A stretch of DNA of 64,000 nt from an uncultured Clostridia bacterium (GCA_947628085.1 CANQYM010000005.1:3919-67918), one strand, 5' to 3'. Positions 1-11,800 are shown, counted from the stretch's first letter. Numbers and translations: made by a program. The notes: a model not told the origin generated them from the letters alone.

Positions 1-32
1 ACTTATTTAGAAATAGAAAAACTAATAGAAGG

Positions 33-1280
33 TTGAAAAAAGGAATAAATATGAATTTTATAAAAAAATACAAAAGCTTTTTATCAGATATGGTTTTAAA
101 TATGATAGGCTTTGGAATTTATATTGCATCTCAGCAAATTCTATTATTGCCACTGCTTAAAAAAATGGTAGATGTAGATATTTATGCTGGAATGGTATTA
201 TATTTATCAATATTAAATCTTATATGTAATGTAACAGGTGGAGAGCTTGGAAATGTTAGGTTAGTTCAAGATAGTAATTATCAAGAAGAGGGAAAAATAG
301 GAGATTTTTCAAGAATATTGCTTACAATTTCTCCAATAATTTGTATAATTGTTTTTCCAATCTTATTGTATTTAAAATATAGTATAATAGGTAGTATTCT
401 ATTTACATTAACAATTTTAATGGCTAATGTAAGATTATATGCAACATGTTTTTATAGATTAAAGAAAAAATTTAATAAAGTAATTTTTCAAAATTTATGC
501 TATTTAGTTGGAATTATAATTAGTTTAATATTATTTTATTTTTATAAAAATATATATTTATTGCTATTTATACCAGAGCTAATTTCTATAGTCTATGCAC
601 TTAAAAATTCAGATCTTTTAGAAATGAAGTTAAAAAAGACTAAAGAAATGATAAATACTATAAAAAAATTCTTCAAATTAGGATTTGTATCTTTACTCAC
701 AAATTTAATGGCATATTTTGATAAATTTTTAATATATCCAATGTTTGGAGCACTTTCAGTTTCTGTTTATTATGCAGTAACTTCCATGTCAAAAGTTACA
801 AGCTTAATAACAAACCCAATGTCAAGTGTAATATTATCTTGGATTTCAAACATTAATGAAAAAGACAAAAAATCAAAAATAATAAAAATTACAATGTTAG
901 CAAATATACCAGTATTGCTAATAGTTACAATTCTTACAATTCCGCTAACATATATTTTTTTAAAAATACTATACAATGAATTTTTACTAGATGGAATGAT
1001 TTTAATAATTCCAATATCAATAACAAGCGCTTTTGGAACAGCAACATCTCTTATAAAATCTGTATTATTAAAATACAGCAATACAAATAAACTAGTATTT
1101 ACATACATAATATATTTTGCTTCATTTGCAATATTAGGATATACTTTAAGTAAAAATTATGAATTAATAGGATTTACTTTTGCAAACTTAATATCATCAG
1201 TTATTCAGTGGATATTATTTATAGTATTATTAGTAAAATCTAGAAAAGAAATAAACAAGGAGCAAGTAAATGAAAAATAA
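33..1280 (+). CDS. Wzx-like polysaccharide/oligosaccharide flippase (MOP superfamily membrane protein)
   Basis: The 415-aa protein is hydrophobic along its whole length with about 12 predicted TM segments. Its size and topology are typical of Wzx/polysaccharide biosynthesis proteins. It is the first gene of the glycan locus. The RBS is weak, so the start could be the internal ATG at 51. Confidence 0.5.
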   Translation: MKKGINMNFIKKYKSFLSDMVLNMIGFGIYIASQQILLLPLLKKMVDVDIYAGMVLYLSILNLICNVTGGELGNVRLVQDSNYQEEGKIGDFSRILLTISPIICIIVFPILLYLKYSIIGSILFTLTILMANVRLYATCFYRLKKKFNKVIFQNLCYLVGIIISLILFYFYKNIYLLLFIPELISIVYALKNSDLLEMKLKKTKEMINTIKKFFKLGFVSLLTNLMAYFDKFLIYPMFGALSVSVYYAVTSMSKVTSLITNPMSSVILSWISNINEKDKKSKIIKITMLANIPVLLIVTILTIPLTYIFLKILYNEFLLDGMILIIPISITSAFGTATSLIKSVLLKYSNTNKLVFTYIIYFASFAILGYTLSKNYELIGFTFANLISSVIQWILFIVLLVKSRKEINKEQVNEK

Positions 1281-2589
1281 AATTTTGAATAAAAGCAAAT
1301 TGCCAATAATTTTATTTATTATAGTATTTTTAAATTATTTACCATTATTTATGAATAATATAAATACTACAAATTCTATTGCTGTTACTGTAAAACAAAT
1401 GGGAATTGTGTTTGCAGTTGAATGTATTCTTTTAGCACTATTTATTTTAAAAAATACAAAAATAACAAAAGAAACTAAAAGAAATATTGTTTTACTAAGT
1501 ATAGTTACTATAATTACTTTAATAATTCAAGTTAAAAACTTTTTAGAAGGAAAATTTCAAATAATGGATTTAGCAAATATAACTTGCATAACATTAAACA
1601 TAGCTATGCTTTTTATATGTGCTTTAAGCATTATAAAAGTAAAACAAAAATCTATATATCTTTTTTATGTGGGAATAGTTTTAATTGGGATTCTTGCATG
1701 TATAGTTAACTTAATAATATATTCTAAATATATGCCAACAGTATTTGGACTTAAAGGGGAAGCAAGAGTAGTTGATATAAAAAGTTTTTTTGCACATAGA
1801 AATCAATTTGCGTGTTTCTTATATTTTTCTGTAGTTTCTACAATTATTTTATTTTTAAAATCTCATAAAAGAAAGCCAAAAATAGCATTAAGTGTTGTAC
1901 TTTTATTCTTTTTATTTAATTTAATAACAACAGCTTCAAGAACAGGAATATTATGCACAGGAATTTTTCTAACATTATTTTTCATTACCACTAATAAAAT
2001 ACATAAGAAGACGAAAATAATATTGGTTTTATTAGCAATTTTAATTGCAATTTCATGTTGGGGAATGATAACACTTCGTCTTCCAAATCTTGAAGAAAAA
2101 ATAATAAAAGTTTTAGAAAAAGTATTTATAAGAGAAAATTCAATAAAAACTTTTACTGGAAGAAGTGAATTTTGGAATTTAGCTTTTCAAACAATTTCAA
2201 AAAAACCAGTAAATATGCTATTTGGAATTGGCAGATTTGTAGGATTAGAATTATTGAAAGAAAATAATTATGAAGTTACTCAATTTCATAGTTTTTATGT
2301 AGAAGCTTTAGTAGCAGGTGGGATAATGGAATTAATTTATTTTCTATACATATATATAACTGTGCTAAGAAAAGTTTTGAAATCTAATTTAAGAACAAAA
2401 TATAAAAGATTTTATATTTCACTTTATATTAGCTTTGCTATTTACTGTGGTTTTGAAAGCTTAGCAAGATTTTCAATTGGATGTGTAGATACAATGTGTT
2501 TAATTTTTGTAATTACAATACCATTATTGCATGCAAACAGTAAGCTTAATGTAAAAAAATGGAAAAAAGTAGAGGAGAAAAATAAATGA
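1270..2589 (+). CDS. O-antigen ligase family (Wzy_C) membrane protein; candidate Wzy polymerase or WsaB-like O-oligosaccharyl:protein transferase
   Basis: The 439-aa protein has about 10-12 TM segments and a long extracytoplasmic loop (…RSEFWNLAFQ…GIGRF…) with the R…W…GxG pattern of the O-antigen ligase/Wzy_C family. It overlaps the upstream gene by 11 bp, indicating translational coupling. Confidence 0.55.
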   Translation: MKNKILNKSKLPIILFIIVFLNYLPLFMNNINTTNSIAVTVKQMGIVFAVECILLALFILKNTKITKETKRNIVLLSIVTIITLIIQVKNFLEGKFQIMDLANITCITLNIAMLFICALSIIKVKQKSIYLFYVGIVLIGILACIVNLIIYSKYMPTVFGLKGEARVVDIKSFFAHRNQFACFLYFSVVSTIILFLKSHKRKPKIALSVVLLFFLFNLITTASRTGILCTGIFLTLFFITTNKIHKKTKIILVLLAILIAISCWGMITLRLPNLEEKIIKVLEKVFIRENSIKTFTGRSEFWNLAFQTISKKPVNMLFGIGRFVGLELLKENNYEVTQFHSFYVEALVAGGIMELIYFLYIYITVLRKVLKSNLRTKYKRFYISLYISFAIYCGFESLARFSIGCVDTMCLIFVITIPLLHANSKLNVKKWKKVEEKNK

Positions 2590-3632
2590 TTTTAAAAGGC
2601 TTAATTACTTTAATTATATTTGTTATAGCTCCATTTTTATTAGGAGTATTAGTAACAAATTTTCTTGAAAAAGAAAAAAATAATTTGTTATTTGCAATAT
2701 TAATTGGTTATTTAGTAGAATTTGCTATATGTGAGTTAATTTCTGTTCCAATGATTTTTTTGGGACGCAGTTTTAATTTTCTATTTGTTACTTATATACT
2801 TATAATTGGAATTTTAATGATTGCATCAATAATTGTAAATAGAAATAATTTTAAAGAAATGTTTTTTACTATAGTAAAAAACTTAAAAAATGTACCTAAA
2901 CTATTAAGTATTATTTGCATAATATTAGTTGTTTTTCAAATTTATATGTTTGTAGTTTACACACATATAGATGATGATGATGCTTTTTATATTGGCTCTA
3001 TTACTACAACCTTGCAAACAAATACATTATATAAATATTCTCCAACTACAGGGGCAACTTCAGGAGAGCACATGGATTTGAGATATAAATTAGCTCCTTT
3101 TCCATTATTTATGGCAATAGTTTCAAAACTAATTAATATGCATCCAGATATAGTATCACATATCATTTTTCCAATTTTTATGTTGCCAGTAATTTATAGT
3201 ATGTATTATCTTTTAGCAAAAGAATTTTTTAATGAAGACATAAAATCATCATTAATTTTTGTAATAATAATTAACATTTTAAATATGTTTAGTGGTTATT
3301 CAGTAAGAACTATTAGTGCATTCTTACTATTTCGTATATGGCAAGGAAAAGCTATACTTGCAAATTTAATGATGCCAGCAATAGTATTATTTATTTTGAA
3401 GGCAAATAAAAATGACTATAAATTTATATATTGCATTTTAATTATAATACTAACTCTAGCTTCAAATATTACAACAACTATGGCGATAGGATTAATACCA
3501 ATAGAAATAGCTGTAATTTTCTTTGTACTAGAATTTTCTGATTTTAAATTTAAAAGATTTTTTATAAATATGGGAAAAGCTATAATTTGTGCTATGCCAA
3601 GTCTTATTTATGGCTTAATATATTTTTTATAA
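2586..3632 (+). CDS. polytopic membrane protein (EpsG/GT-C-like?), unknown function
   Basis: The 348-aa protein is almost entirely TM helices. Its first loop has an acidic cluster (HIDDDDAFYIGS) that resembles the DD/DE motifs of GT-C glycosyltransferases. It overlaps the upstream stop codon by 4 bp (ATGA). Confidence 0.35.
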   Translation: MILKGLITLIIFVIAPFLLGVLVTNFLEKEKNNLLFAILIGYLVEFAICELISVPMIFLGRSFNFLFVTYILIIGILMIASIIVNRNNFKEMFFTIVKNLKNVPKLLSIICIILVVFQIYMFVVYTHIDDDDAFYIGSITTTLQTNTLYKYSPTTGATSGEHMDLRYKLAPFPLFMAIVSKLINMHPDIVSHIIFPIFMLPVIYSMYYLLAKEFFNEDIKSSLIFVIIINILNMFSGYSVRTISAFLLFRIWQGKAILANLMMPAIVLFILKANKNDYKFIYCILIIILTLASNITTTMAIGLIPIEIAVIFFVLEFSDFKFKRFFINMGKAIICAMPSLIYGLIYFL

Positions 3633-3646
3633 TATGAGGAGAAAAA

Positions 3647-4396
3647 ATGTTAAAAGAAAATATAGAAATAGTAAAAAATTCATTTTTAGAATATAAAGGT
3701 GATGGAATGTATATGACTCTATTTTTAATAGGAATGCTATACATTTTATTAAAAGAGAAAAATAAAAAAATAAAATTATTATTTGTTTTATATCCAATAA
3801 TAATAATGTTTATAACCTTAAATCCAATATTTCATAAAATAATTGGAAATCTTTTTGAAGCTACATATTGGAGACTTTTTTGGCTAATACCTCTAATAAT
3901 TGAAATAGCATATTTTTCAGTATTGCTTATAAAAGAGCAAGAGAAAAAAAACCAAGTAGTAGCATGTGTTGGAATTATATTAATAATAATATTTAGTGGA
4001 AAATTTATATATAATCAAAATAATTTTATAAAAACTGGAAATTTATATAAATTACCAGATGAAAGTGTTTTAGTAGCGCAATTAATTGGAGCAGATGAAG
4101 CAGAATATAAAAAGGCAATTGTTCCTGAAACACTTGTAGCACATATTAGACAAATAGATGCTAGCATAGAGTTATTATACAAAAGAGATCCTGAGGGAAA
4201 ATATTTCGAAAATCCTGCATGGAGAGAATTAAATTCGGGAAATGTGGAAGGAATTACTAAAATTGCTAAAGACAAAAAATGTAATTACATTGTATTTAAA
4301 AAAGCAGCTGTTTTAACTGCCAAAATGGAAGATTACGGCTTTGAGAAAATGACTGAAACGGAAAATTATGCAATTTATAAATACATAGAAAAATAA
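3647..4396 (+). CDS. membrane-anchored protein with C-terminal soluble domain, unknown function
   Basis: The 249-aa protein has its own GGAGA RBS. Four N-terminal TM helices are followed by a roughly 120-aa hydrophilic domain. It could act together with the preceding membrane protein. Confidence 0.3.
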   Translation: MLKENIEIVKNSFLEYKGDGMYMTLFLIGMLYILLKEKNKKIKLLFVLYPIIIMFITLNPIFHKIIGNLFEATYWRLFWLIPLIIEIAYFSVLLIKEQEKKNQVVACVGIILIIIFSGKFIYNQNNFIKTGNLYKLPDESVLVAQLIGADEAEYKKAIVPETLVAHIRQIDASIELLYKRDPEGKYFENPAWRELNSGNVEGITKIAKDKKCNYIVFKKAAVLTAKMEDYGFEKMTETENYAIYKYIEK

Positions 4397-4467
4397 AAAG
4401 TTTATAGGTTTTCTTAAAACCTAAATAAATAAGGAGAATATATTAGTTTAATATATAAAATTGAAAA

Positions 4468-5460
4468 ATGAAAATATTAGTAACAGGTGGTTTAGGATTT
4501 ATTGGTTCACACACAGTAGTTGAACTTGCAAAGGAAAATAATGAAATAATTATTGTAGATAATTTATATAACAGCAAAATTGAAGTTTTAGAAAGACTAG
4601 AGAAAATTACTGGAAAAAAATTTAAATTTTATAGGTATGATTTATTAAATAAAGAAGATTTAGAAAAAGTATTTGAAGAAAATAAAATTGATAGTGTAAT
4701 ACATTTTGCTGGATATAAAGCAGTTGGAGAATCTGTAAAAAAACCATTAATGTATTATTCAAATAATTTAATGAGTACATTAAATCTGTTAAATATAATG
4801 AAAAAATATGATGTAAAAAAATTTATATTTAGTTCATCAGCAACTGTATATGGAAGCAGAGAAACAGCTATATGTATAGAGAGCATGGGAAGAGGAGAAA
4901 CATCTAATCCATATGGAACAACAAAGAGTATGATAGAGAAAATATTAGAAGATTTATATGCTTCAGATAATAGTTGGAACATTACTATTCTTAGATATTT
5001 TAATCCAGTAGGAGCACATGAATCTGGATTAATAGGAGAAGAACCAAATGGAATTCCAAATAATTTAATGCCATATATTATGAAAGTTGCATCAGGAAAA
5101 TTAGAAGTACTAAGTATATTTGGAGATGATTATCCAACACCAGATGGTACAGGAATAAGAGACTATATTCATGTTGTTGATTTAGCAAAAGGACATGTGA
5201 AAGCTTTAGAAAATATGAAACAAGGTTTAAACTATTATAATTTAGGTTCTGGAAAAGGCGTAAGTGTTTTAGAAATGGTAAAAACTTTTGAAAAAGTTAA
5301 TAATGTAAAAGTAAATTATAAAATAGTTGAAAGAAGAGCAGGAGATTTAGCAGAATGCTATGCAGATCCATCTAAAGCATTAAGAGAATTAAACTGGAAA
5401 ACAGAAAAAAGTTTAGAAGATATTTGCAGAGATGCTTGGAATTTTGAAAAAAATAATTAA
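4468..5460 (+). CDS. galE: UDP-glucose 4-epimerase
   Basis: The N-terminus carries the MKILVTGGLGFIGSH Rossmann motif. The protein is 330 aa and has the SDR YxxxK catalytic motif (YGTTKSM), with end-to-end similarity to GalE. Confidence 0.9.
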   Translation: MKILVTGGLGFIGSHTVVELAKENNEIIIVDNLYNSKIEVLERLEKITGKKFKFYRYDLLNKEDLEKVFEENKIDSVIHFAGYKAVGESVKKPLMYYSNNLMSTLNLLNIMKKYDVKKFIFSSSATVYGSRETAICIESMGRGETSNPYGTTKSMIEKILEDLYASDNSWNITILRYFNPVGAHESGLIGEEPNGIPNNLMPYIMKVASGKLEVLSIFGDDYPTPDGTGIRDYIHVVDLAKGHVKALENMKQGLNYYNLGSGKGVSVLEMVKTFEKVNNVKVNYKIVERRAGDLAECYADPSKALRELNWKTEKSLEDICRDAWNFEKNN

Positions 5461-5501
5461 TTGAAATAAAATAAGAAATCAAAAAATAAATAATAATGTA
5501 T

Positions 5502-5547
5502 AAAAGGTTAAAATGTTAAAAAAAGTTAACATTTTAACCTTTTTTTA
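5502..5547 (+). terminator. rho-independent terminator after galE
   Basis: A 16-bp perfect inverted repeat (AAAAGGTTAAAATGTT…AACATTTTAACCTTTT) is followed by T7. Confidence 0.6.
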
Positions 5548-5583
5548 AGCACAAAAAATTCACAATTAAATATTCTTAAAATG

Positions 5584-5612
5584 TTGAAAATGATATGGTT
5601 AAATGATATAAT
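5584..5612 (+). promoter_or_regulatory. sigma-A type promoter for the wzm operon
   Basis: TTGAAA, a 17-bp spacer, then TGaTATAAT (extended -10). It lies 35 bp upstream of wzm. Confidence 0.6.
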
Positions 5613-5627
5613 ACACGAGTAAAATTA

Positions 5628-6440
5628 TTGGGTAAAAAAGGAAAAATTATGGAATTTTTTAAAATACTTTTCAAAAATAGAAAATTAGCAATTAAACTTG
5701 GAAAAAATGATTTTAGAAATAGGTTTGCAAATACAAGCTTAGGAACAGTATGGGGATTTGCACAGCCTTTTGTATTTATGATTACATATGTAATTGTATT
5801 TCAATATATTTTAAAATCTGGAAGCAGTGGAGAATATCCTTATGTTGTTTGGTTTTTACCAGGAATGTCTATGTGGATGTTTTGCAGTGATGCAATTTTA
5901 ACTTCAAGTAATTCAATTAGAAATTATAGCTATTTAGTTAAAAAAGTTGTCTTTCCAGTAGACATTATTCCTGTAATATCACTTACTTCTGCTAGTTTTA
6001 TTGGTATATTTTTAATTACAATTGCAGTAGTTGTTGCATCATTATTTGGATATGTACCAAACTTTATTAATGTTATCTATATACTATTTTGTGCAATTTG
6101 TTTCATAATTGCTTTAACAAGATTTACATCGGCTTTAACTACTGTAGTTCCAGACTTTGCACAATTACTTACAATAGTAATTCAATTATGTATGTGGTTT
6201 ACACCAATAATTTGGAACTTAGATTTTATAGCAGGCTCAAAATTGGTTTATTTATTTAAATGTATGCCATTTACTTATTTAGTAGAGGGATTTAGACAAG
6301 CATTTATGGAACACTCAACAATCATTACAGAAAGTAATTTCCTATTTACAATAATCTTTTGGGCTTTAACAATTTTAATTTTCTTTTGGGGAAATAAAGT
6401 ATTTAAGAAAACAAAAAAAGATTTTGCAGATGTTTTATAA
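5628..6440 (+). CDS. wzm: ABC-2 type polysaccharide/teichoic-acid export permease (Wzm/TagG family)
   Basis: It carries the conserved N-terminal motif DFRNRFANTSLGTVWGFAQP of Wzm/TagG permeases and six TM helices. The likelier start is the ATG at 5649 (MEFFK…), which has an AAGGAAAA RBS. Confidence 0.85.
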   Translation: MGKKGKIMEFFKILFKNRKLAIKLGKNDFRNRFANTSLGTVWGFAQPFVFMITYVIVFQYILKSGSSGEYPYVVWFLPGMSMWMFCSDAILTSSNSIRNYSYLVKKVVFPVDIIPVISLTSASFIGIFLITIAVVVASLFGYVPNFINVIYILFCAICFIIALTRFTSALTTVVPDFAQLLTIVIQLCMWFTPIIWNLDFIAGSKLVYLFKCMPFTYLVEGFRQAFMEHSTIITESNFLFTIIFWALTILIFFWGNKVFKKTKKDFADVL

Positions 6441-6463
6441 AAAAGAATTAAGAGAGGATATAA

Positions 6464-7438
6464 ATGGAAAATACAAATGTAGATATTTTGCTTGCTACAT
6501 ATAATGGAGAAAAATATTTAAAACCACAGCTAGACAGTATTTTATCTCAAAGTTATTCTAATTTTAGATTACTTATATCAGATGATGGTTCAACAGATAA
6601 AACAAAAAGCATTTTAGAAGAATATAGCAAAAAAGATAATAGAATTGTTTTGTTTTTTCAAAAAGAAAATTTAGGAATAATAAAAAATTTTGAATTTTTA
6701 CTAAAAAAAGTAGAAGCAAAATATTATATGTTTTCAGACCAAGATGACATTTGGAAAGAAAACAAAATAGAAAAATCAATTAAAACTTTAGAAGAAACTG
6801 AAAGCGATTTAGTTTATTCTGATCTAGAAGTCGTTGATGAAAATTTAAAAGTAATTTATGAATCTTATTGGAAACTAAAAGGAATTTATAAAAAAATCAA
6901 AAAATACAATAATTTCAAAAGCTTATACTTAAATAATTTTGTCACTGGTTGTACAATGCTTTCAAAAAAAGATTTAATAAATAAATTTTTACCACTTCCA
7001 AAAACTAGTAAATATGTGCTTCATGATTATTGGATTCCATTAATACTTAGTCAAACAGGAAAAATAACCTACATAGAGGAACCTTTAATAAAATATAGAC
7101 AACATAAAAATAATAAAATAGGTTCTAAAAAAAGGTCTGATGAAATAAAAACTTTAGATGAAATAAGAGCTTTATTTATAGATGTGAAAAAACAACATTT
7201 TAAAACTTTTATTGAAAATGAAGATAAATTTATAGATGAAAATGTTAAAACATTAAATAAGAAAGCCTTAACATATTATGAAATGCTAGAGAAAAAGAAA
7301 AATATTAATTTTAGAAATTGGGTATTATTTTTTAAACTTTACAAATATGAAGAATTTGGCTACACAGTGCAAAACTTTTTAATTTTAAACATTCCAATTT
7401 TAGCAAGATTTTTATTTAAATTTAAGAAAAAATCATAA
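6464..7438 (+). CDS. family 2 glycosyltransferase
   Basis: The GT-A N-terminus reads ILLATYNGEKYL…SDDGSTDKT, with a DxD-like SDQDD. The protein is 324 aa. Confidence 0.8.
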   Translation: MENTNVDILLATYNGEKYLKPQLDSILSQSYSNFRLLISDDGSTDKTKSILEEYSKKDNRIVLFFQKENLGIIKNFEFLLKKVEAKYYMFSDQDDIWKENKIEKSIKTLEETESDLVYSDLEVVDENLKVIYESYWKLKGIYKKIKKYNNFKSLYLNNFVTGCTMLSKKDLINKFLPLPKTSKYVLHDYWIPLILSQTGKITYIEEPLIKYRQHKNNKIGSKKRSDEIKTLDEIRALFIDVKKQHFKTFIENEDKFIDENVKTLNKKALTYYEMLEKKKNINFRNWVLFFKLYKYEEFGYTVQNFLILNIPILARFLFKFKKKS

Positions 7439-7479
7439 TATAAAGTGATGATAAAAACAAATAAAAGGAAATATAAATA

Positions 7480-8778
7480 ATGAGTGATACAGTAATTAAA
7501 ATTTCTAATTTAGTAAAAGAATATAAAATGTTTTCAAGGAAAAAAGATAGACTACTTGAGGCAATTCTACCATTTTACACAAAACATACAACATTTAAAG
7601 CATTAGATAATTTAAATTTGGAAATAAAAAAAGGTGAAGTTTTAGGAATTTTAGGAAAAAATGGGGCAGGAAAATCTACTCTTTTGAAAATGATTACAGG
7701 AGTTGTTTCACCAACCGCTGGAGAAATAGAAGTAAATGGAAAAATAAGTTCACTTCTAGAACTTGGAGCAGCTTTTAACCCAGATTTAACAGGATATGAA
7801 AATATATATCAACATGGACAAGTTATGGGTTTATCAGATGAAGAAATTAAAGCAAAAGAAAAGGAAATAATTGATTTTGCAGATATTGGAGAGCACTTAT
7901 CTCAACCAGTAAAAACATATTCATCAGGTATGTTTGCTCGTTTAGCATTTGCTTGTGCAATTAATGTTGATCCAGATATCTTAATTGTAGATGAAGTTCT
8001 ATCTGTTGGAGATATGGCATTTCAACTTAAATGTTTTAAAAAGTTCGAACAATTTAAAAATAATGGAAAAACAATAATATTTGTAACTCATAATATAAAT
8101 GATGTTATGACAAACTGCAACAGAGTTATTATTTTAGAAAATGGTAGAAAAACTTTTGATGGAACTGTAAAAGATGGAATTGATAGATATAAAAAAATAA
8201 TTGTTGGCTTAAACCCAGATGAAAACATTAAAAATGAAAATGAAGAAATAATAATTTCAAACACAGAAACAATTTCAAATGAGAATAATTTAAATACTTG
8301 GAAAAAGGACTTCAATCAAAATCCAAATATGATTGAATATGGAAATAGAGAAGCAGAAGTTATAGACTATGGAGTTTTTGATAAAGATGGAAATCCGGCA
8401 AATATATTTGACAATGGAGATTATATAACTTTTAAATCTAAAGTAAAGTTCAATAAACAAGTTAAAGAGCCAATTTTTACAGTAACCTTAAAAGACTTTA
8501 GTGGAAAAGATGTTACAGGAACAAATTCAAATATAGAAAAAATTGCAACAGGAACATTTGAAAAAGGAGATATAGCTATTGCAGAGTTTACACAAAAAGT
8601 GCCAGTAGCGCCAGGAAAATATACACTTTCTTTTAGCTGTACAAAATATAATGCAAGAGGTTCTTTAGAAGCTTTAGATAGAAAATATGATGCTTTACTT
8701 GTTGAAGTTATTACAACTAAAAGTACAGTTGGATTAATTAGATTAGATTCAAAAATAAATATAAAAAAAATAAATTAA
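7480..8778 (+). CDS. wzt: ABC transporter ATP-binding protein (Wzt/TagH family) with C-terminal glycan-binding extension
   Basis: Walker A (GKNGAGKST), the ABC signature (YSSGMFARLAFA) and Walker B (ILIVDE) are all present. About 190 extra C-terminal residues form a beta-rich domain like the carbohydrate-binding modules of Wzt proteins. Confidence 0.85.
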   Translation: MSDTVIKISNLVKEYKMFSRKKDRLLEAILPFYTKHTTFKALDNLNLEIKKGEVLGILGKNGAGKSTLLKMITGVVSPTAGEIEVNGKISSLLELGAAFNPDLTGYENIYQHGQVMGLSDEEIKAKEKEIIDFADIGEHLSQPVKTYSSGMFARLAFACAINVDPDILIVDEVLSVGDMAFQLKCFKKFEQFKNNGKTIIFVTHNINDVMTNCNRVIILENGRKTFDGTVKDGIDRYKKIIVGLNPDENIKNENEEIIISNTETISNENNLNTWKKDFNQNPNMIEYGNREAEVIDYGVFDKDGNPANIFDNGDYITFKSKVKFNKQVKEPIFTVTLKDFSGKDVTGTNSNIEKIATGTFEKGDIAIAEFTQKVPVAPGKYTLSFSCTKYNARGSLEALDRKYDALLVEVITTKSTVGLIRLDSKINIKKIN

Positions 8779-8846
8779 AGAACATAAGGAATACTTAAAA
8801 TTTAAATTTATAAAGGAGCTATGTAATTTTACATAGATAATATTAA

Positions 8847-11800
8847 ATGGAAGATATCTTATCACAATTTGAAAAAAATATAATTTCTTGGTATCCAATA
8901 GAAAAAAATAAAAAAGTTCTAGAAATTGAAAATTCTGAAGAAATAGTAAATGAATTAAAGACAAAAACTTCAGAAATTAAATCAATATCTCTAGAACAAA
9001 TTTGTGATGCACCTGAAAACGATTTTGACTATGTTGTTTTAATAGGTACTTTTGAAAAGTTGAGTAGTAAAGAAGAAATTTTAAATTTATTAAATTTTGC
9101 TAAAAAAAGTTTAAATAAAGATGGAAAAATTCTTCTAGCTATGAAAAATAAATTCGGTATGAAATATTGGACTGGAGAAAGTATTAACAAAGAAAAACCA
9201 TATTTATCAATAGTGTCAGATAAAGAAAACATATTAGGATTAACGAAAATAAAAAACATTTTAAATGATTTAAATTTAAAATTTAAAATTTATTATGCAC
9301 TTCCTGACTATAAATTAACAAATGTTATTTTTACAGATGATTTTATGCCAGATAATGAGAGTATTGATGCAAGAGATTTAAGTTTTGTAGATAAAGAAAA
9401 TGCTTTAAATTTCTCAGAAAGAGATGCTTATAAACAAATATTAAAAGATGACAAAAATTTATTTCCTTTTTTTGCAAATTCATTTTTTATTGAAATTGGA
9501 AATGCTGAAAACTTTGAAGATGTGAAATTTGTTAGTTTTGGGATTACTAGAAAAAAAGAATATAGAATAAAAACAATTATAAAGAATGATTATGTTTATA
9601 AATATGCAAACGATAACGATTTAACACATATAAATAACATTTTTAAAAATATTGATATATTAAGAAAAAATAATATAGAAGTTCTTGGAGAATTTAAAAA
9701 TGACGGAATAGAGAGTATATTTTTAAAACAAGCAAAATCTCTTGATAAAGTTTTAATGGAAATTTATTTTAGAGAAGGATTAGAAAAAACCATTAAAAGT
9801 ATCGAAGAATTTAGAGAAAAGGTATTAAATAAATTATTAAATGAAAAACTAGATGGAAAAGACATATTTGAAAAATATGAAATTAAATTTCCTTTAGAAT
9901 TAAAAGAAAAAATGCATTTTACTAAAAATGGAATGCTAGACCTAATTTTTCAAAATTGCTTGATAAAAGATAATATTCTATATGCTTATGATCAAGAATG
10001 GTATGAGCAAAATGTTCCAGTAGAATTTATATTATATAGAGCTATAATTTATTTTACTGAACTAAGAAATAATGAGAACATAGATAAAATATTTGAATTA
10101 TTAAATTTAAATGAATATGTAGAGTATTTTGAAGTTTTAGAAAATAAAATTCAAGAAGACTTAGTAGATCAAGACATGTGGAATCTTCATCTAGAAACTG
10201 TTAGAGAAATAGGAAATACTAGAGAAATTTTGGATAATTATAAAAAGAGATTATCTTCTGCAAATACTCATATACAAAACTTAGAAAACAATATTAAACA
10301 ATATGAAGAACATATTGAAAACTATAAAAGCGGAATAGAAGGCTTAACGAAACTTGTTAAAGATAAAGATGAAGAACTTGTAAATTACGCAAATCAATTA
10401 AGAGCAATATCTAACTCACTTTCTTGGAAAATAACAAAACCTGTAAGAATCTTTTCATGGATGTTTAATCCTTTTAATGGTGCAACATTTATTGATAGAA
10501 TAATGCCACCTGGTGGAAAAAGAAGAATAGAATATGATAAAAAACAAACAGAAAAGAAATATGCTAAAAAAGTTGAAAATTACTATAAACTATCAGATGA
10601 AGAAACAGCAGAATATTGGAAAGGAATTGATCACAGAAAATATTTAAAATATGAAAAAAATCTTGAAAGAGAAGAAAAAGATCAATTTTCTGATTATGAA
10701 AAATGGATAAAAGAAAATACACCAAGTGACCAAGAAATTGAAAAACAAGAAAAAACAAAATTTAGAAGAAGACCAAAAATAAGCATTGTAGTGCCACTTT
10801 ATAACACAAATACAGAATTTTTTAGAGAATTATTATATACAGTACATTGTCAAACATACAAAAATTGGGAATTATGTCTGGCAGATGGAAGTGAAGAACC
10901 ATTAGAAGAAATTATATCAATGACTAAGAATGATAAAAGAATAAAATATAAATTTTTAGGCGAAAATAAAGGAATTTCTGAAAATACAAATGAAGCAATA
11001 AAAATGGCTACAGGAAAATACATTTCACTTCTAGACCATGATGATATGCTTGATATAAGTGCTTTGTATGAAGTGGTAAAAGTAATAAATGAAAACAAGA
11101 ATGTAGATTTTATATATACAGACGAAGATAAATTTCATTTCTTAGATGCACCATATTATGAACCACATTTTAAACCAGACTTTGCACCAGACACTCTAAG
11201 AGCAAATAATTATATTTGTCATTATAGTGTATTTAAAAAAGAATTAATAGATAAAATAGGTGGATTTAATCACGATTTTGATGGAGCTCAAGATTTTGAT
11301 ATGATTTTAAGAGCAACAGAAAATGCAAAAAATATTGTTCACATTCCTAAAGTATTATATCATTGGAGAGTTCATAAAAATTCTACTGCAATGCAAACAG
11401 AGGCAAAACCGTATGCAATAGAGGCAGGAAGAAGGGCTATAGAAGCACATTTAGCAAGAATAGGTTTAAAGGGAGAAGTAACAAATGGAGTAAATCCTGG
11501 TACTTATCAAATAAAATATGATGTGATTGGAAATCCAAAAATTTCTATTCTTATGCCAAATAAAGATGAAGTAGAAACTTTGAAAACTTGTATAAACTCT
11601 ATTTTTAGTAAAACAACTTATAGCAATTATGAAATTATAATAATAGAAAATAATAGTGAAACAGATGAAATTTTTGATTATTATAAAGAACTATTAAAAT
11701 CTAATAAAATAAAAATTTTAAACTATAATACTGGAAAGTTTATAGAAAATGAAAAAGAGTGCAGTAAAGAATATTCTAAAGAAAATGAAAGAGAAGGGTT

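Noticed and set aside
770-1108. Many 60-176-aa minus-strand ORFs embedded antisense in the large plus-strand genes. Examples are 770-1108, 4015-4275, 8088-8315, 16512-16823, 17621-17968, 18876-19241, 38310-38690, 39631-40161, 51290-51673, 55011-55379 and 62577-62918.
   Set aside because: Each lies fully inside a well-supported gene on the opposite strand. Their composition is low-complexity and Leu/Phe/Ile/Lys-rich, as expected from random ORFs in about 27% GC DNA. None has an RBS or a family signature.
8847-9500. Calling the N-terminal domain of the 1202-aa protein a confident SAM-dependent methyltransferase.
   Set aside because: The fold-level pattern fits, but the glycine-rich SAM-binding motif I is absent (VLEIENSEE). 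It is reported only as MTase-like and possibly inactive.
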